Shown here piece by piece: positions 53,702-64,000 of a DNA stretch of 64,000 nucleotides. Source of the DNA: Octopus vulgaris (taxonomy: Eukaryota); contig OX597825.1 of assembly GCA_951406725.2 (NCBI GenBank), forward strand, positions 57,970,001 through 58,034,000, given 5' to 3'. The number at the start of each line of letters is the position of its first letter. Position 1 is the stretch's first letter. The position numbers and the translations under genes were made by a program. The notes below the pieces were generated by a model. The model searched no databases and was not told the origin of the DNA. It was given only the letters and a program-made list of their open reading frames with translations.

Positions 53702-54035
53702 TAGCAACAGATGGATAATGCGTCAGTTCACTACAGCCGTTTCCAACGAATTTTTAATTGATTAATGGAGACATTGCATCATCAGAAAAAAAACATTTTC
53801 ATCAGATAAGTACATGAACCACAACATTCAAAAATATTCAAAATCCAACGGAATGTGCACCTCCATAGCTGGTCTTAGAATCATGGAGATGTACATCCCG
53901 TTGGCTTTTGAATGTTGTGGTTCATGTATTCACCTAATGAAAACGGTTTTTTCTAATGATGTAATGTCTCCATTAATCAATTAAAAATTCGTTGGAAACA
54001 GCTGTAGTGAATTGACACATTATTCATCTGTTGTT
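53702..54035. repeat. Diverged fold-back inverted repeat with decayed hammerhead-like motif
   Basis: Arms mirror around about 53875. The left arm minus strand has CUGAUGA...GGAAAC, and the right arm has GAAAC-AGCU-GUA. Confidence 0.7.
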
Positions 54036-54446
54036 ATCATTATAACATATAGGCGATTGTTTCAGAATGTATCTTTTATAAGTGTGTCTTTATATGGTTT
54101 AAATTTCTACCTTAAACTTCGAAATATTTTTTAAAACATTTCTTTTAGTTGTTCTTTACATTTTCATAAGCAGTCGAGTTGTTTCTGTATTGTCTCTCTG
54201 TAAAAAATTTAATTTTTTTTCAAGTTTATTTATGAGTTTTCTCTGTAGAAAAAAAATAATATAAATATAATGGAATGTAGAGAAAAGGATTTTGGTAGAG
54301 AAGCCTGCTAACTAAAGACTGAAAGAAGTAAAAGGTTACTTAAAGTTTAAATTTGGTTGAATTCTAAGTTGAAGTTTTTACCTCAGGAAATTCCATTTAT
54401 ATTTTGCTAGTAAATTCTGATGTGTGTGCGTGTATGTGTGTGTGTG

Positions 54447-54486
<40 letters not shown>

Positions 54487-54487
54487 T

Positions 54488-54570
<83 letters not shown>

Positions 54571-55131
54571 TGTGTGTGTGTGTTCGTGTATCCGTCAGCA
54601 GCTTAGTCATGAGAAAGAAACAAGAACTAGGAACTAAATTATTGGGTTTTTTTCATGGCTTAGTCAAAGAAGGAAACGAGAAAAATCCATGACTCATTTT
54701 AGGTTCTTCGAAACTTTTACAAGTTACAAGTATTAATTAGAATGAGACAAATTTCAAAGTCAATAATATTCCTCATCAAAGCCGACACCCATCTAAACAC
54801 AGAGGTCATATATAAGCCATTATAAATATGTGAACATATAGCATATAAAAGCATATATATACTTATATACAGATCAGAATACTAATTCGAATACTTGCAA
54901 CAGAATTAACTCAACTAAAGGCACTCAAATAGTCAATGCTGGTGTTAAACTGGCGACGAGTTAAATCTGTTATGTCATGAACATATTTCAATGAGGTACA
55001 CAAACACGTTTAGTTTAGTTGATTGATTTGTGTATCTAATTATTTAATTGTAAAATGAAGAAGCTAACCATCGTTTCAAAGTCGCGTAATTTGTTTCCAC
55101 GTTGTTCAGTTATCAAGTGTTACTTAGTGCG

Positions 55132-55701
55132 ATAAACCACTTCCATCTCAGGTGTCTTCGGAATCTCCTTCACATCCGCTGGCAGGACAAAGTCCCAGAC
55201 ACGGAAGTTCTGAAGCAGGCAGATCTCCCTAGCACCATCACAATCATGCGCAAGGCCCAGCTGAGATGGGCGGGCCACGTCTCCCGCATGTCCGACACTC
55301 GCATCCCAAAACAGCTCTTCTACGGTGAACTCGGCCAGGGTAGGCGCAAAGTCGGAGGGCAGAAAAAGCGCTACAAGGATAGTCTCAAGGTCTCTCTCAA
55401 AGACTTCTCCATCGGAACAGAGACCTGGGAGACACTTGCTGCCAACCGCTCATCCTGGCGCAGCGCAATCACCGTGGGAGCAGGGACAGCCGAGGAGGGA
55501 CGGATTCGGTCAGCGGAGCAGAAACGTCAGATGCGTAAAGTCAGAGCCGCCTGCACCAGTAGCACTGCCCCTACCCACTTCTGCCCCACCTGTGGGAGGG
55601 GCTTCCTTGCCCGGATTGGCCTCACCAGCCACCTCCGGTCTCATGGCGGCAGTTCCATCAGATGATGTCAGTTGGTCATCTTCGAACCGAAGGACGAACA
55701 T
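55132..55701 (+). mobile_element. 3' fragment of RTE-clade LINE with C-terminal C2H2 finger
   Basis: Reads FHLRCLRNLLHIRWQDKV, QLRWAGHVSRM, PKQLFYGEL and CPTCGRGFLARIGLTSHLRSH. Confidence 0.9.
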
Positions 55702-56118
55702 TAATTAGTGCGATTCCTGCTGCTGGGTAGATAGGCAACGTTTAAAATAATTTTGTTACATTTGTGTTCAGTAAACTGACTTTCTTTCAATTAAATGAAG
55801 ATTTCGCAAAATTAACTTTGTCGTTATTAAGCTGCTGTATAGAATATGAATAATTTGGTTAATTTTAAAAGAGAGTATCTGTGTCACAGAAGCAGAGGAA
55901 TCTCGGATGGGTTGGTATAAAAAAGGTTCAATATACATGTATGTCATGAACACATCTATCCACAGGGGGTCAATTATAGATACAAAGACACACACGCATA
56001 TATCCTTCTTTACTGAGCGTCCAATAATAATATATTTGTTCCACGTCCTCGCGTTGTTTTTTTGTGCTTTCTTGTTTGGATTAACTATATATATATACAC
56101 ACACACACATATATATAT

Positions 56119-56189
<71 letters not shown>

Positions 56190-57066
56190 TATTCATATAT
56201 ACGACGCGCTTCTTCCAGACTCCTTCTACAAGGTCGGCCCAAGGCTACAGTAGAAGACTCTTGCCCATGGTGCTACGCAGGGTATTGAACTTGGAACACG
56301 TTCGTAGGAAGCAATCTTCTTACCACACAGCCACGATCTCATTCTATTTAGACCAAAGAATTCCCCCACGTTATATCTTGAGCCAAAATTTTTAGCAGAT
56401 GTAAGCACATGAACAATTTTTTTTTTGTCGAACTGGAGGACAGCACCCTGTGTCCTCCAGAAGCTACAAATTCCCCGTCTCCCACCCCAAGGAAAGCACC
56501 TTATTGTAATGTTTAACATAAGTGAAAGTGTGAGAAGGGGAATTAAAAGTTTGAACTCCCCTGTGAAGGTAGACACTTCGAATTGTAAGGAGGTGCCTAC
56601 AGATGTGGAATGTGCACTGATGCTAAGAGGGACGTTCAATATACTGAAGGAGAGCCTCAGGAGGGGTGTCTCCACAATGGGAAGAGACATTGAAATTGAA
56701 GATCTACCTGATACGGTAAGTTTCGGCACTATTCATCCGGATTCATTGTGGGATACCCCACGATGTTAAAATTTGTTCAGACTGTAGCCCGCATGGTATG
56801 ACCATAGGGTCATTACAATGTTGCAATGGTGGCACGGGCCTTGCGGGGTCGAGACGGAACCCGTCCACCACTTCATTGTTTTGTAATTGGTTTGCATGTC
56901 ATTCGCTACTAGTCATCTTTATGTGTAAAACCATTCGCTTTATCGACCCCATCACTCATTTGTATCGTCCCCTCTATGTTTATTTCCCTGTGGGTAATAA
57001 AGAAATCACCATGAACGTTTGTTGAATAACCTGGAATCCTGGAATTATGAAATTTTTATACTTTTA

Positions 57067-57420
57067 TAAGGGCATCACAGACATGTTATCGCTCCGGATG
57101 CGGAGCGTTAACAAGTCTGCGATGCTCTTAGCTGTCCGGGGCCGCACGCGCGTTACACTGGAGGTATCAACGGGCGCGTCTCTCCCGGCCCGAGAGGGTC
57201 GGGAAACCTCTGAGCCATCTCTCATGATAGGGATCGGGGCTTGGAACCAACCCCGTGAACGAGGACTTCCCGGTAGGCGCGGGTCATCATCCCGCGTCGA
57301 TCACGTCCCTGCCCTTTGTACACACCGACCGTCGCTACTACCAATCGAACGGTGAGGTCCTCGGATCTTGCCGACGAATCCGCTTACGCGCGGCGCCGTT
57401 CCGCGCCGGTCATCAAGAGT
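57067..57420 (+). pseudogene. 18S rRNA 3'-region fragment (dispersed pseudogene) with 5' inverted segment
   Basis: Contains ggccgcacgcgcgttacactg and cacgtccctgccctttgtacacaccgaccgtcgctactac, which are universal SSU motifs with substitutions. Confidence 0.88.
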
Positions 57421-58040
57421 TGTGACGCAAGGGTCGTACACAGTCTATCGTTTCGCCTGGCTACGTTCGAGGTCTCCTCGATCGGGGCTTTCCAAAGCGC
57501 GTGCCAGGCCCATTCGGAGCCAGCAGTGATCGGCGGTGATCTTCGGCCCGAGTGTCGGATTACTTGGGAACGCAGTTCAAAGCAGGTGGTAAGCTCCGTC
57601 CAAGGCTAAATACGGAGACGAGTCCGATAGCCAACAAGTACCGCGAGGGAAAGTTGAAAACAACTGTGGAGAGAAAGTTCAAGAGACTGTGAAACCGCCC
57701 AGGGGTAAACGGGTAGGACCGCTCACCGCGATTGCGAGGGGACTCAGTCCGCTGCTTCTCGCCGGGGCGCCGTTCCGCGGGCGGTCGTCTGCCGCCTCGT
57801 CGGCGCTCGATTTCCGGGGCGCCTGCATCGAACGCACTTCTCCTCCGATCCGTCGTCGCGACCCGTTCCCATAGGGCCGCTTGGCAGGCGGCGTCCACAG
57901 TTCGCAGATAAGCGCCCCGCCGCCGTCGGCTTCGCGGCCGGCCGGCGTCGGTACCCACGCACTTCTCTCGACCGAGCCCGTCGCTCCATGAAAGCGAAGG
58001 CACGGCTAACCGACGGAGACGGGCTAACGCACCTCGCCCT
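57421..58040 (+). pseudogene. 28S rRNA D1-D2 fragment joined directly to the 18S fragment
   Basis: Contains ggtggtaagctccgtccaaggctaaatac...ccgatagccaacaagtaccgcgagggaaagttgaaaa...gttcaagag..gtgaaaccg (57586-57698), followed by a GC-rich D2-like stretch. The junction position is approximate. Confidence 0.85.
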
Positions 58041-58365
58041 CAGAGTCTTCTACTATAGTCCTGGGTCGATCTTGTAGAAAAAGTTTGGAAGAAACTTATG
58101 TATGCATGAATATATATATATGTGTGTGTGTGTGTGTTTATTATATTATATGCGTGTGTGTTTTTGTGTCTGTATTTGCCCCGGTGTGGATGTGTTTACG
58201 TTTCTGTAACTTAACAGTTCGGCAGAAGAAAACGATAGAATTAGTATAAGGCTTCAAAATTACTGGGGTCAATTAATTAGACTAAAATTTAATTCTTGAA
58301 GGCGGTGCCTCATCATGCCCTCAGTCTAATGAATGAAACAATTAAAAGATGTATAAATTTGTGTG

Positions 58366-58427
<62 letters not shown>

Positions 58428-58454
58428 ATATTTGAGTTTGCACTCTCGACTCAC

Positions 58455-58699
58455 TCTTTCGCTTTACTCTTTTACTCTTTTGTTGTTTCAGTCATTTGAC
58501 TGTGGCCATGCTGGAGCACCGCCTTTAGTCGAGCAAATCTACCCCAGGACTTATTCTTTGTAAGCCTAGTACTTATTCTATCGGTCACTGTTGCCGAACC
58601 GCTAAGTTATGGGGACGTAAACACACCAGCATCGGTTGTCAAGCGATGTTGGGGGAGGGAACAAACACAGACACACAAACATACACACACACACATAAA

Positions 58700-58750
<51 letters not shown>

Positions 58751-59164
58751 GTTAATCCAAACAAGAAAACACAGAAAAAAAGAGAAAAAAAAGAGAAAAA
58801 AACACAGCAACGCAGGACGTGGAACAATTAAAGTATTATTGACGCTCAGGAAAGAAGGAAAGGAGGGTTTAACGTTTCGAGCGGAGCTCTTCGTCGGAAA
58901 CAAGGAGAAGGAAAGATCCCATGAGGGAAGGCAGAGGAGAAAATATTTGAGCTGGTGGTGCTTAAGAGATCACATGTTGAAAGAACAGAATTTGAAGGTA
59001 GTTGAAATATGGTTTTATAATGCAAGAGAGTTCCAAAAAAAGGAATGCCTGTGTGTGTGTGTGTGTGTGTGTGTGCAAGATGACAAGTGTGTTTGTGCGT
59101 GCGTGTGTGTGTGTGTGTGTATTTTTGGTGAATAAAGGCAATGACAAAGCCAGCTGTCATGATG

Positions 59165-59216
<52 letters not shown>

Positions 59217-59390
59217 TATACATATATACGACGGGCTTCTTTCAGTTTCCGTCTACCAAATCCACTCACAAGGCTTTGGTCGGCCCGAAGCTATAGTAGA
59301 AGACACTTGCCCAAGGTGCCCTGCAGTGGGATTGAACCCGGAACCATGTGGTTCGTAAGCAAGCTACTTACCACACAGCCACTCCTACGT
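58455..59390 (-). mobile_element. SINE split at its internal CA/TA tract by a Penelope-pLTR-type insertion
   Basis: SINE tail at 58455-58680 and head at 59225-59388. The intervening 58750-58990 carries a minimal hammerhead (58867-58901, minus). Confidence 0.7.
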
Positions 59391-59655
59391 GGACAAGCGG
59401 TGTTGGGTTTGCCGACATAACTTAGCGGTCTGGCAAATGGATCAATATAAGAAGTACCAGACTTAAAATAAATACTTGAGGCGATTTGTTCGACTAAATC
59501 CTTCCAGGTAGTACCCCGGCATGGCGACTGTCCAATGAGTGAAAGAAGGAGCAGAAAAGACAGCAGGTAGACACACACATACATATATACACATTCCTAC
59601 ACACATTTATAAATATACGCGCGCACACATACACATGCACGCGCACACACACACA

Positions 59656-59730
<75 letters not shown>

Positions 59731-59929
59731 CTCACGGAAATTTCTCAAAATATCCTTACGTTATGTTCAAGTTTTGCAGCCGGTCATCCCGGACTGATGG
59801 ATCCAAACCTATGAGCAAAGGCATCTCAGTGCTGACAATTCAGTCTTACCCTTGGAGAATGGTCACCAAGAGCTACATTATGTAATCTTGCTGTCTTTTT
59901 AGGAATATGGATCTGCTAGGAGGAGAAGA

Positions 59930-60860
59930 TTCCCAATCCCGAGGAGATTCGGAAGAGCAACTGAGGAGACTGGCGGTGGAGTTTGGAAAAGTGTGTGAGA
60001 GGAGGAAACTGAAAGCGAATGTAGCTAAGAGTAAGGTGATGAGATGTTCGAGAGAATGAATGGCTGGTAGGATAGACGTGATTATAAATAGTGAGATGTT
60101 AGAAGAGGTGAGTGTTTTTAAGTATCTGGGGTCACATGTGACGGTTGATGGGGGCTTGGCTGAAGAAGAGGGATACAGAGTGAGGGAGGGGAGTAAGATA
60201 CTTGGAGTTGTGAAAAAGATAAAAGGTTGAGTATGAAAGCGAAAAGAGGTGTGTGTGAGGGCTTGATTGTGCCGACAATGTAGAGACGTTGGGGCTGAGA
60301 GAGGCTGAAAGGAGGCGACTAGATGTGTTTGAGATGAGATGTCTGAGGGCTATGGTTGGTGTGACACGGATGGACAGGATGAGGAATGAGGAGCTGCGAA
60401 GACGAGCAGGAATGAGAGAAAAACTAATAACCAAAATGGATAGACGAATGTTGAGGTGGTTTGGCCACATAGAGAGGATGGATGAGGACAGGATATTAAG
60501 GAGAGTGATGAAGGCTGAAGTGGTAGGCAACAGAACCAGAGGCAGACCTCGGTTTGTGTTGATGGATGGAGTGAGGAAAGCTTTGGTGGTTAGAGGTGTT
60601 GGAGTGAAAGAGGCACGGGTGTTTATGAATGATAGGAAAGCCTGGAGAGTATTTGTGGACAGATGAGTAAATTTTGATTTTGCTCAAAGGGATACGGAGC
60701 CAGCATGGTGCGGGGAGGGGGTTTAAAACATCATATGCTGTCCGGCCCCGCTGCTGATACTAGGGGTTGTGTTCTATGCCTTCACCTGAGCATAGAACTG
60801 GACTCACCCCTTTGAGCTGGGAAATGAATGGAATAGCTGGTGTGTGTCTTGTGGCTACCC
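59930..60860 (+). mobile_element. Degenerate RTE-clade LINE 3' fragment
   Basis: Motifs KSKVMR, FKYLG, FEMRCLRAMVGVTRMDRMRNEELR, LRWFGHIERM and RGRPR. Confidence 0.88.
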
Positions 60861-61130
60861 TTCCTAAAAAAATACATCTTGCATATAGTCATGGATAGGA
60901 TGTTCGGTTCGTATCAAATTCGGTTGAGGTATGTGATGTTGATAAGCCACAAAAGTAATGAAATATTGATGTCCATCCCTCCTAGATGGAATATTGGGGT
61001 GCATTGTCTGGACTGTCTATAACTTTCAGGTGTTTTAACACGGCACTTTAAGAGAATCATCTCCAACTTGTCAATTCGCAGCCTACCAGTGAAGAAGCAA
61101 GGCTCGTATATTCAGTATGTCTGTTCGATA

Positions 61131-61240
<110 letters not shown>

Positions 61241-61972
61241 CGTGTGTTCACTTCTTATTTTACAGGTCAGTTGCAGACTTGCAGGCATGCGGATTCTCCG
61301 TGAAATAGCAGGGTCGTCTGCGCATAAGGTAAGCTAGAAAGATCGTGTTTCATTTATCTATTTATCTATCTATTTATAAATGTTTGGGCCTGCAAAGGAG
61401 TTTGAGCCCAGAGCTCTTATTCCTGTGGGCCTACCCACATTGTAAACAGAAGCATTGTCTTCAAGGGCTTATTGTAACGATGTCTACCATCTATCAGCAC
61501 CGATTATTAATCACTGTAAATACAAAACACAGACATACAAGTACGCACGCACACCACATGCACTCGCACAAACAGATACACATACATATACAAACATAAG
61601 ATCGGGTTTCGCACAATTTATATTTACAAAATCCCATTCTGAAAGCATTAAGAAACACAAGGGCAGTGTTTCTTAAGTGGGGTCCATATGGCCCTTACAG
61701 GTCTATATAAAATTTTGTTGTTAAAATTTATGTACAATAAATTAGTTATACACTTAGTTATATATAATAATTTCTAATAATATTTAATTATAAAAATAAA
61801 ATAAAATATTTTTATTGAATGGCTAAGGAGAGTTTTTAGGTGAAAAGATGGTTGAGAACCACTGAGCTAGGATGTAGTAAGAAACACTTGCTCAAAGTGC
61901 CAAACAGTGCGACTGAACCTGCAAACAAGGAGTGGGGCGGGAATCTTAATTACAAAGATATATCTTTATTGT

Positions 61973-62280
61973 GGAGGCGCGTTACTTAGTGATTAGAGTT
62001 CCGGACTCACTATCGGAAGATTGTGGTTTCGATTCCTGGACCGGATGATGTGTTGTGTTGTTGAGCAAAATATTTCATTTTACGTTGCTCCAGCCCACTC
62101 CACTGTGGAAACGAGTAGCACTAGTGGAGTCACATTGCTTTGTGGTTAGGGTGTTGGATTCACGACCGTAAGATTGTGGTTTCGATCCCTGGATCGGGCG
62201 ATCTGTTGTGTTCTTGAGCAAAACACTTCGTTTCACATTCCTCCAGTCCACTCAGTTGTAGAAATGAGTTTAGCTGGGAA
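61973..62280 (+). mobile_element. Two degraded tRNA-derived SINE heads
   Basis: ggaggcgc...ggtttcgattcc occurs twice. Same family as 13120-13636. Confidence 0.65.
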
Positions 62281-62363
62281 AGGGATGGGCTCTGCCAGCC
62301 TTTCCCGACATAGGTACGTTGCATGGCTGCAGCGTCCCAACGACCCCCAAGGTCTTAAGGGAC

Positions 62364-62400
<37 letters not shown>

Positions 62401-62471
62401 TGTGTATGACTATGTATGTGTGTATATATATATATGTATATATACATGCACACACACACACACATACACAC

Positions 62472-62512
<41 letters not shown>

Positions 62513-62950
62513 CACAAAGATTTACATATTTATATATGTATATGTATGTATATGTGTATGTATTCATGTATATATATATGTATGTGTACGTATGTATTAA
62601 TGTGTGTGTGACAATGTAACTATGTGTACATATAGATCTATACATACGCGCACAAACACACACACACATAAATACAACATGCATGCATGTGTGTAACTAA
62701 GTACGTGTGTGTGTGTGTGTGTGTACATGTATATACATGTATTCTTTTATTCTTTTATTTCTCTCAGTCATTTGACTGTGGCCATGCTGGAGCACCGCCT
62801 TTGGTCGAACAAATCGACCCCAGGACTTATTCTTTGTGAACCTAGTACTTATTCTACTGGTCTCTTTTGCGTGGACACAAGCTCACCAGGGACAAGCATA
62901 GATACACAAATACATACATACATACATACATACATACATACATACATACA

Positions 62951-62984
<34 letters not shown>

Positions 62985-63098
62985 CGTATGTGTATATATA
63001 TATATAAGACGAAGCAAAAAAAAACAAGACAAAACAATAACACGAGCACGTGGTACATGTAAAGTATTAACGGTCGCTCAGAGAAGGAAAGAAAGGTA

Positions 63099-63133
63099 GT
63101 TTTACGTTTCGAGCAAAGCTCTTCTTCAGAAAC
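63099..63133 (-). ncRNA. Minimal (dimer-dependent) hammerhead ribozyme in pLTR-like repeat
   Basis: GUUU-CUGAAGA-A-GAGC UUU GCUC-GAAAC-GUA|AAAC, with the ACGU palindrome in place of stem III. Confidence 0.72.
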
Positions 63134-63204
63134 AGGAGACAGAGGAAAGTCCAAGAGAAACGGAAGACGGAGGAAAAAATCGCCTATGATCCACATGTGG
63201 TTAC

Positions 63205-63250
<46 letters not shown>

Positions 63251-63407
63251 TTAGAGACAAAACCACTATTATGCAAATCAAACAAAGAAAGACTTAATCC
63301 AATACATAAAAAATTTTATATAAATTAAGTAAAATTAAATTAAATTAAATTAAATTTAAATGTTGAAGTGAATGTATAACGGATTTTGTGTGTTTCTTAA
63401 TGTTTCT

Positions 63408-63496
<89 letters not shown>

Positions 63497-63546
63497 CCTT
63501 AAAAATATTTCAGCGCGAAGGCTGCGGCCATGCTGGGGCACCTCCG

Positions 63547-63588
<42 letters not shown>

Positions 63589-63604
63589 CATAAATATACA
63601 CCCG

Positions 63605-63640
<36 letters not shown>

Positions 63641-63641
63641 T

Positions 63642-63699
<58 letters not shown>

Positions 63700-63711
63700 G
63701 TATGTATGTAT

Positions 63712-63961
63712 AACAATTGCTGCGTGGAAGGTGTTTATAACCCATTTAAGAAACACACAAAATCCGTTATACATTCATTTCAACATTTAAATTTAAATTG
63801 TCAAAATATTTTCGCCGCTTTCAAATGGCGACCTGTTCACTGACAAAATTCCGTGTCAGTGAACAGGTCGCGGTCTCAAAGCGACGAAAATATTGAAGTG
63901 AATCTAACGGATTTTGTGTGTTTCTTAAATGGCTTATAAACACCTTCCACGCTGCAATTGT
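63712..63961. repeat. Fold-back inverted repeat next to (TA)n
   Basis: acaattgc..gcgtggaaggtgtttataa is mirrored by ttataaacaccttccacgc..gcaattgt. Centre gttcactgaca..tgtcagtgaac at about 63850. Confidence 0.8.
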
Positions 63962-64000
63962 TTTCGTTCCACCACACGATCTCAGATCAGATCACTTGCT

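Noticed and set aside
54380-54420. Candidate first exon (ATG GAA TTT CCT GAG|gtaaaa, minus)
   Set aside because: The phase-0 donor is incompatible with phase-1 E0', and there is no signal peptide.
57067-58040. Functional rRNA genes
   Set aside because: The sequence is fragmentary, mutated in universal motifs and lacks the rest of the rDNA unit.

Overview
This is AT-rich, microsatellite-dense eukaryotic DNA. The SINE, Penelope, R4/Dong and RTE repeat set suggests a coleoid cephalopod (Octopus-like), which is an inference. Most long entries in the ORF track are microsatellite or TE artefacts. The real host gene is spliced and lies on the minus strand. It has seven symmetric phase 1-1 exons encoding ShK-like, EGF, degenerate lectin-like, laminin-type EGF and F-type lectin (fucolectin) domains. 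The gene is present twice, within a recent tandem duplication (1-23045 vs 32826-48212), and one further exon lies at 24522-24600. The introns hold a DD36E Tc1 nested in a mariner, R4/Dong-like and HERO-like non-LTR relics, SINEs and MITEs. The most striking non-coding feature is at 30781-32385: a 533-bp tandem unit folded back into a 703-bp-arm inverted repeat, carrying three complete type I hammerhead ribozyme motifs (retrozyme or Penelope pLTR-like). Further minimal hammerhead motifs and (TA)n-embedded fold-back palindromes occur across 25-64 kb. A chimeric 18S-28S rRNA pseudogene with a 5' inversion is also present. All coordinates and counts were derived by eye.
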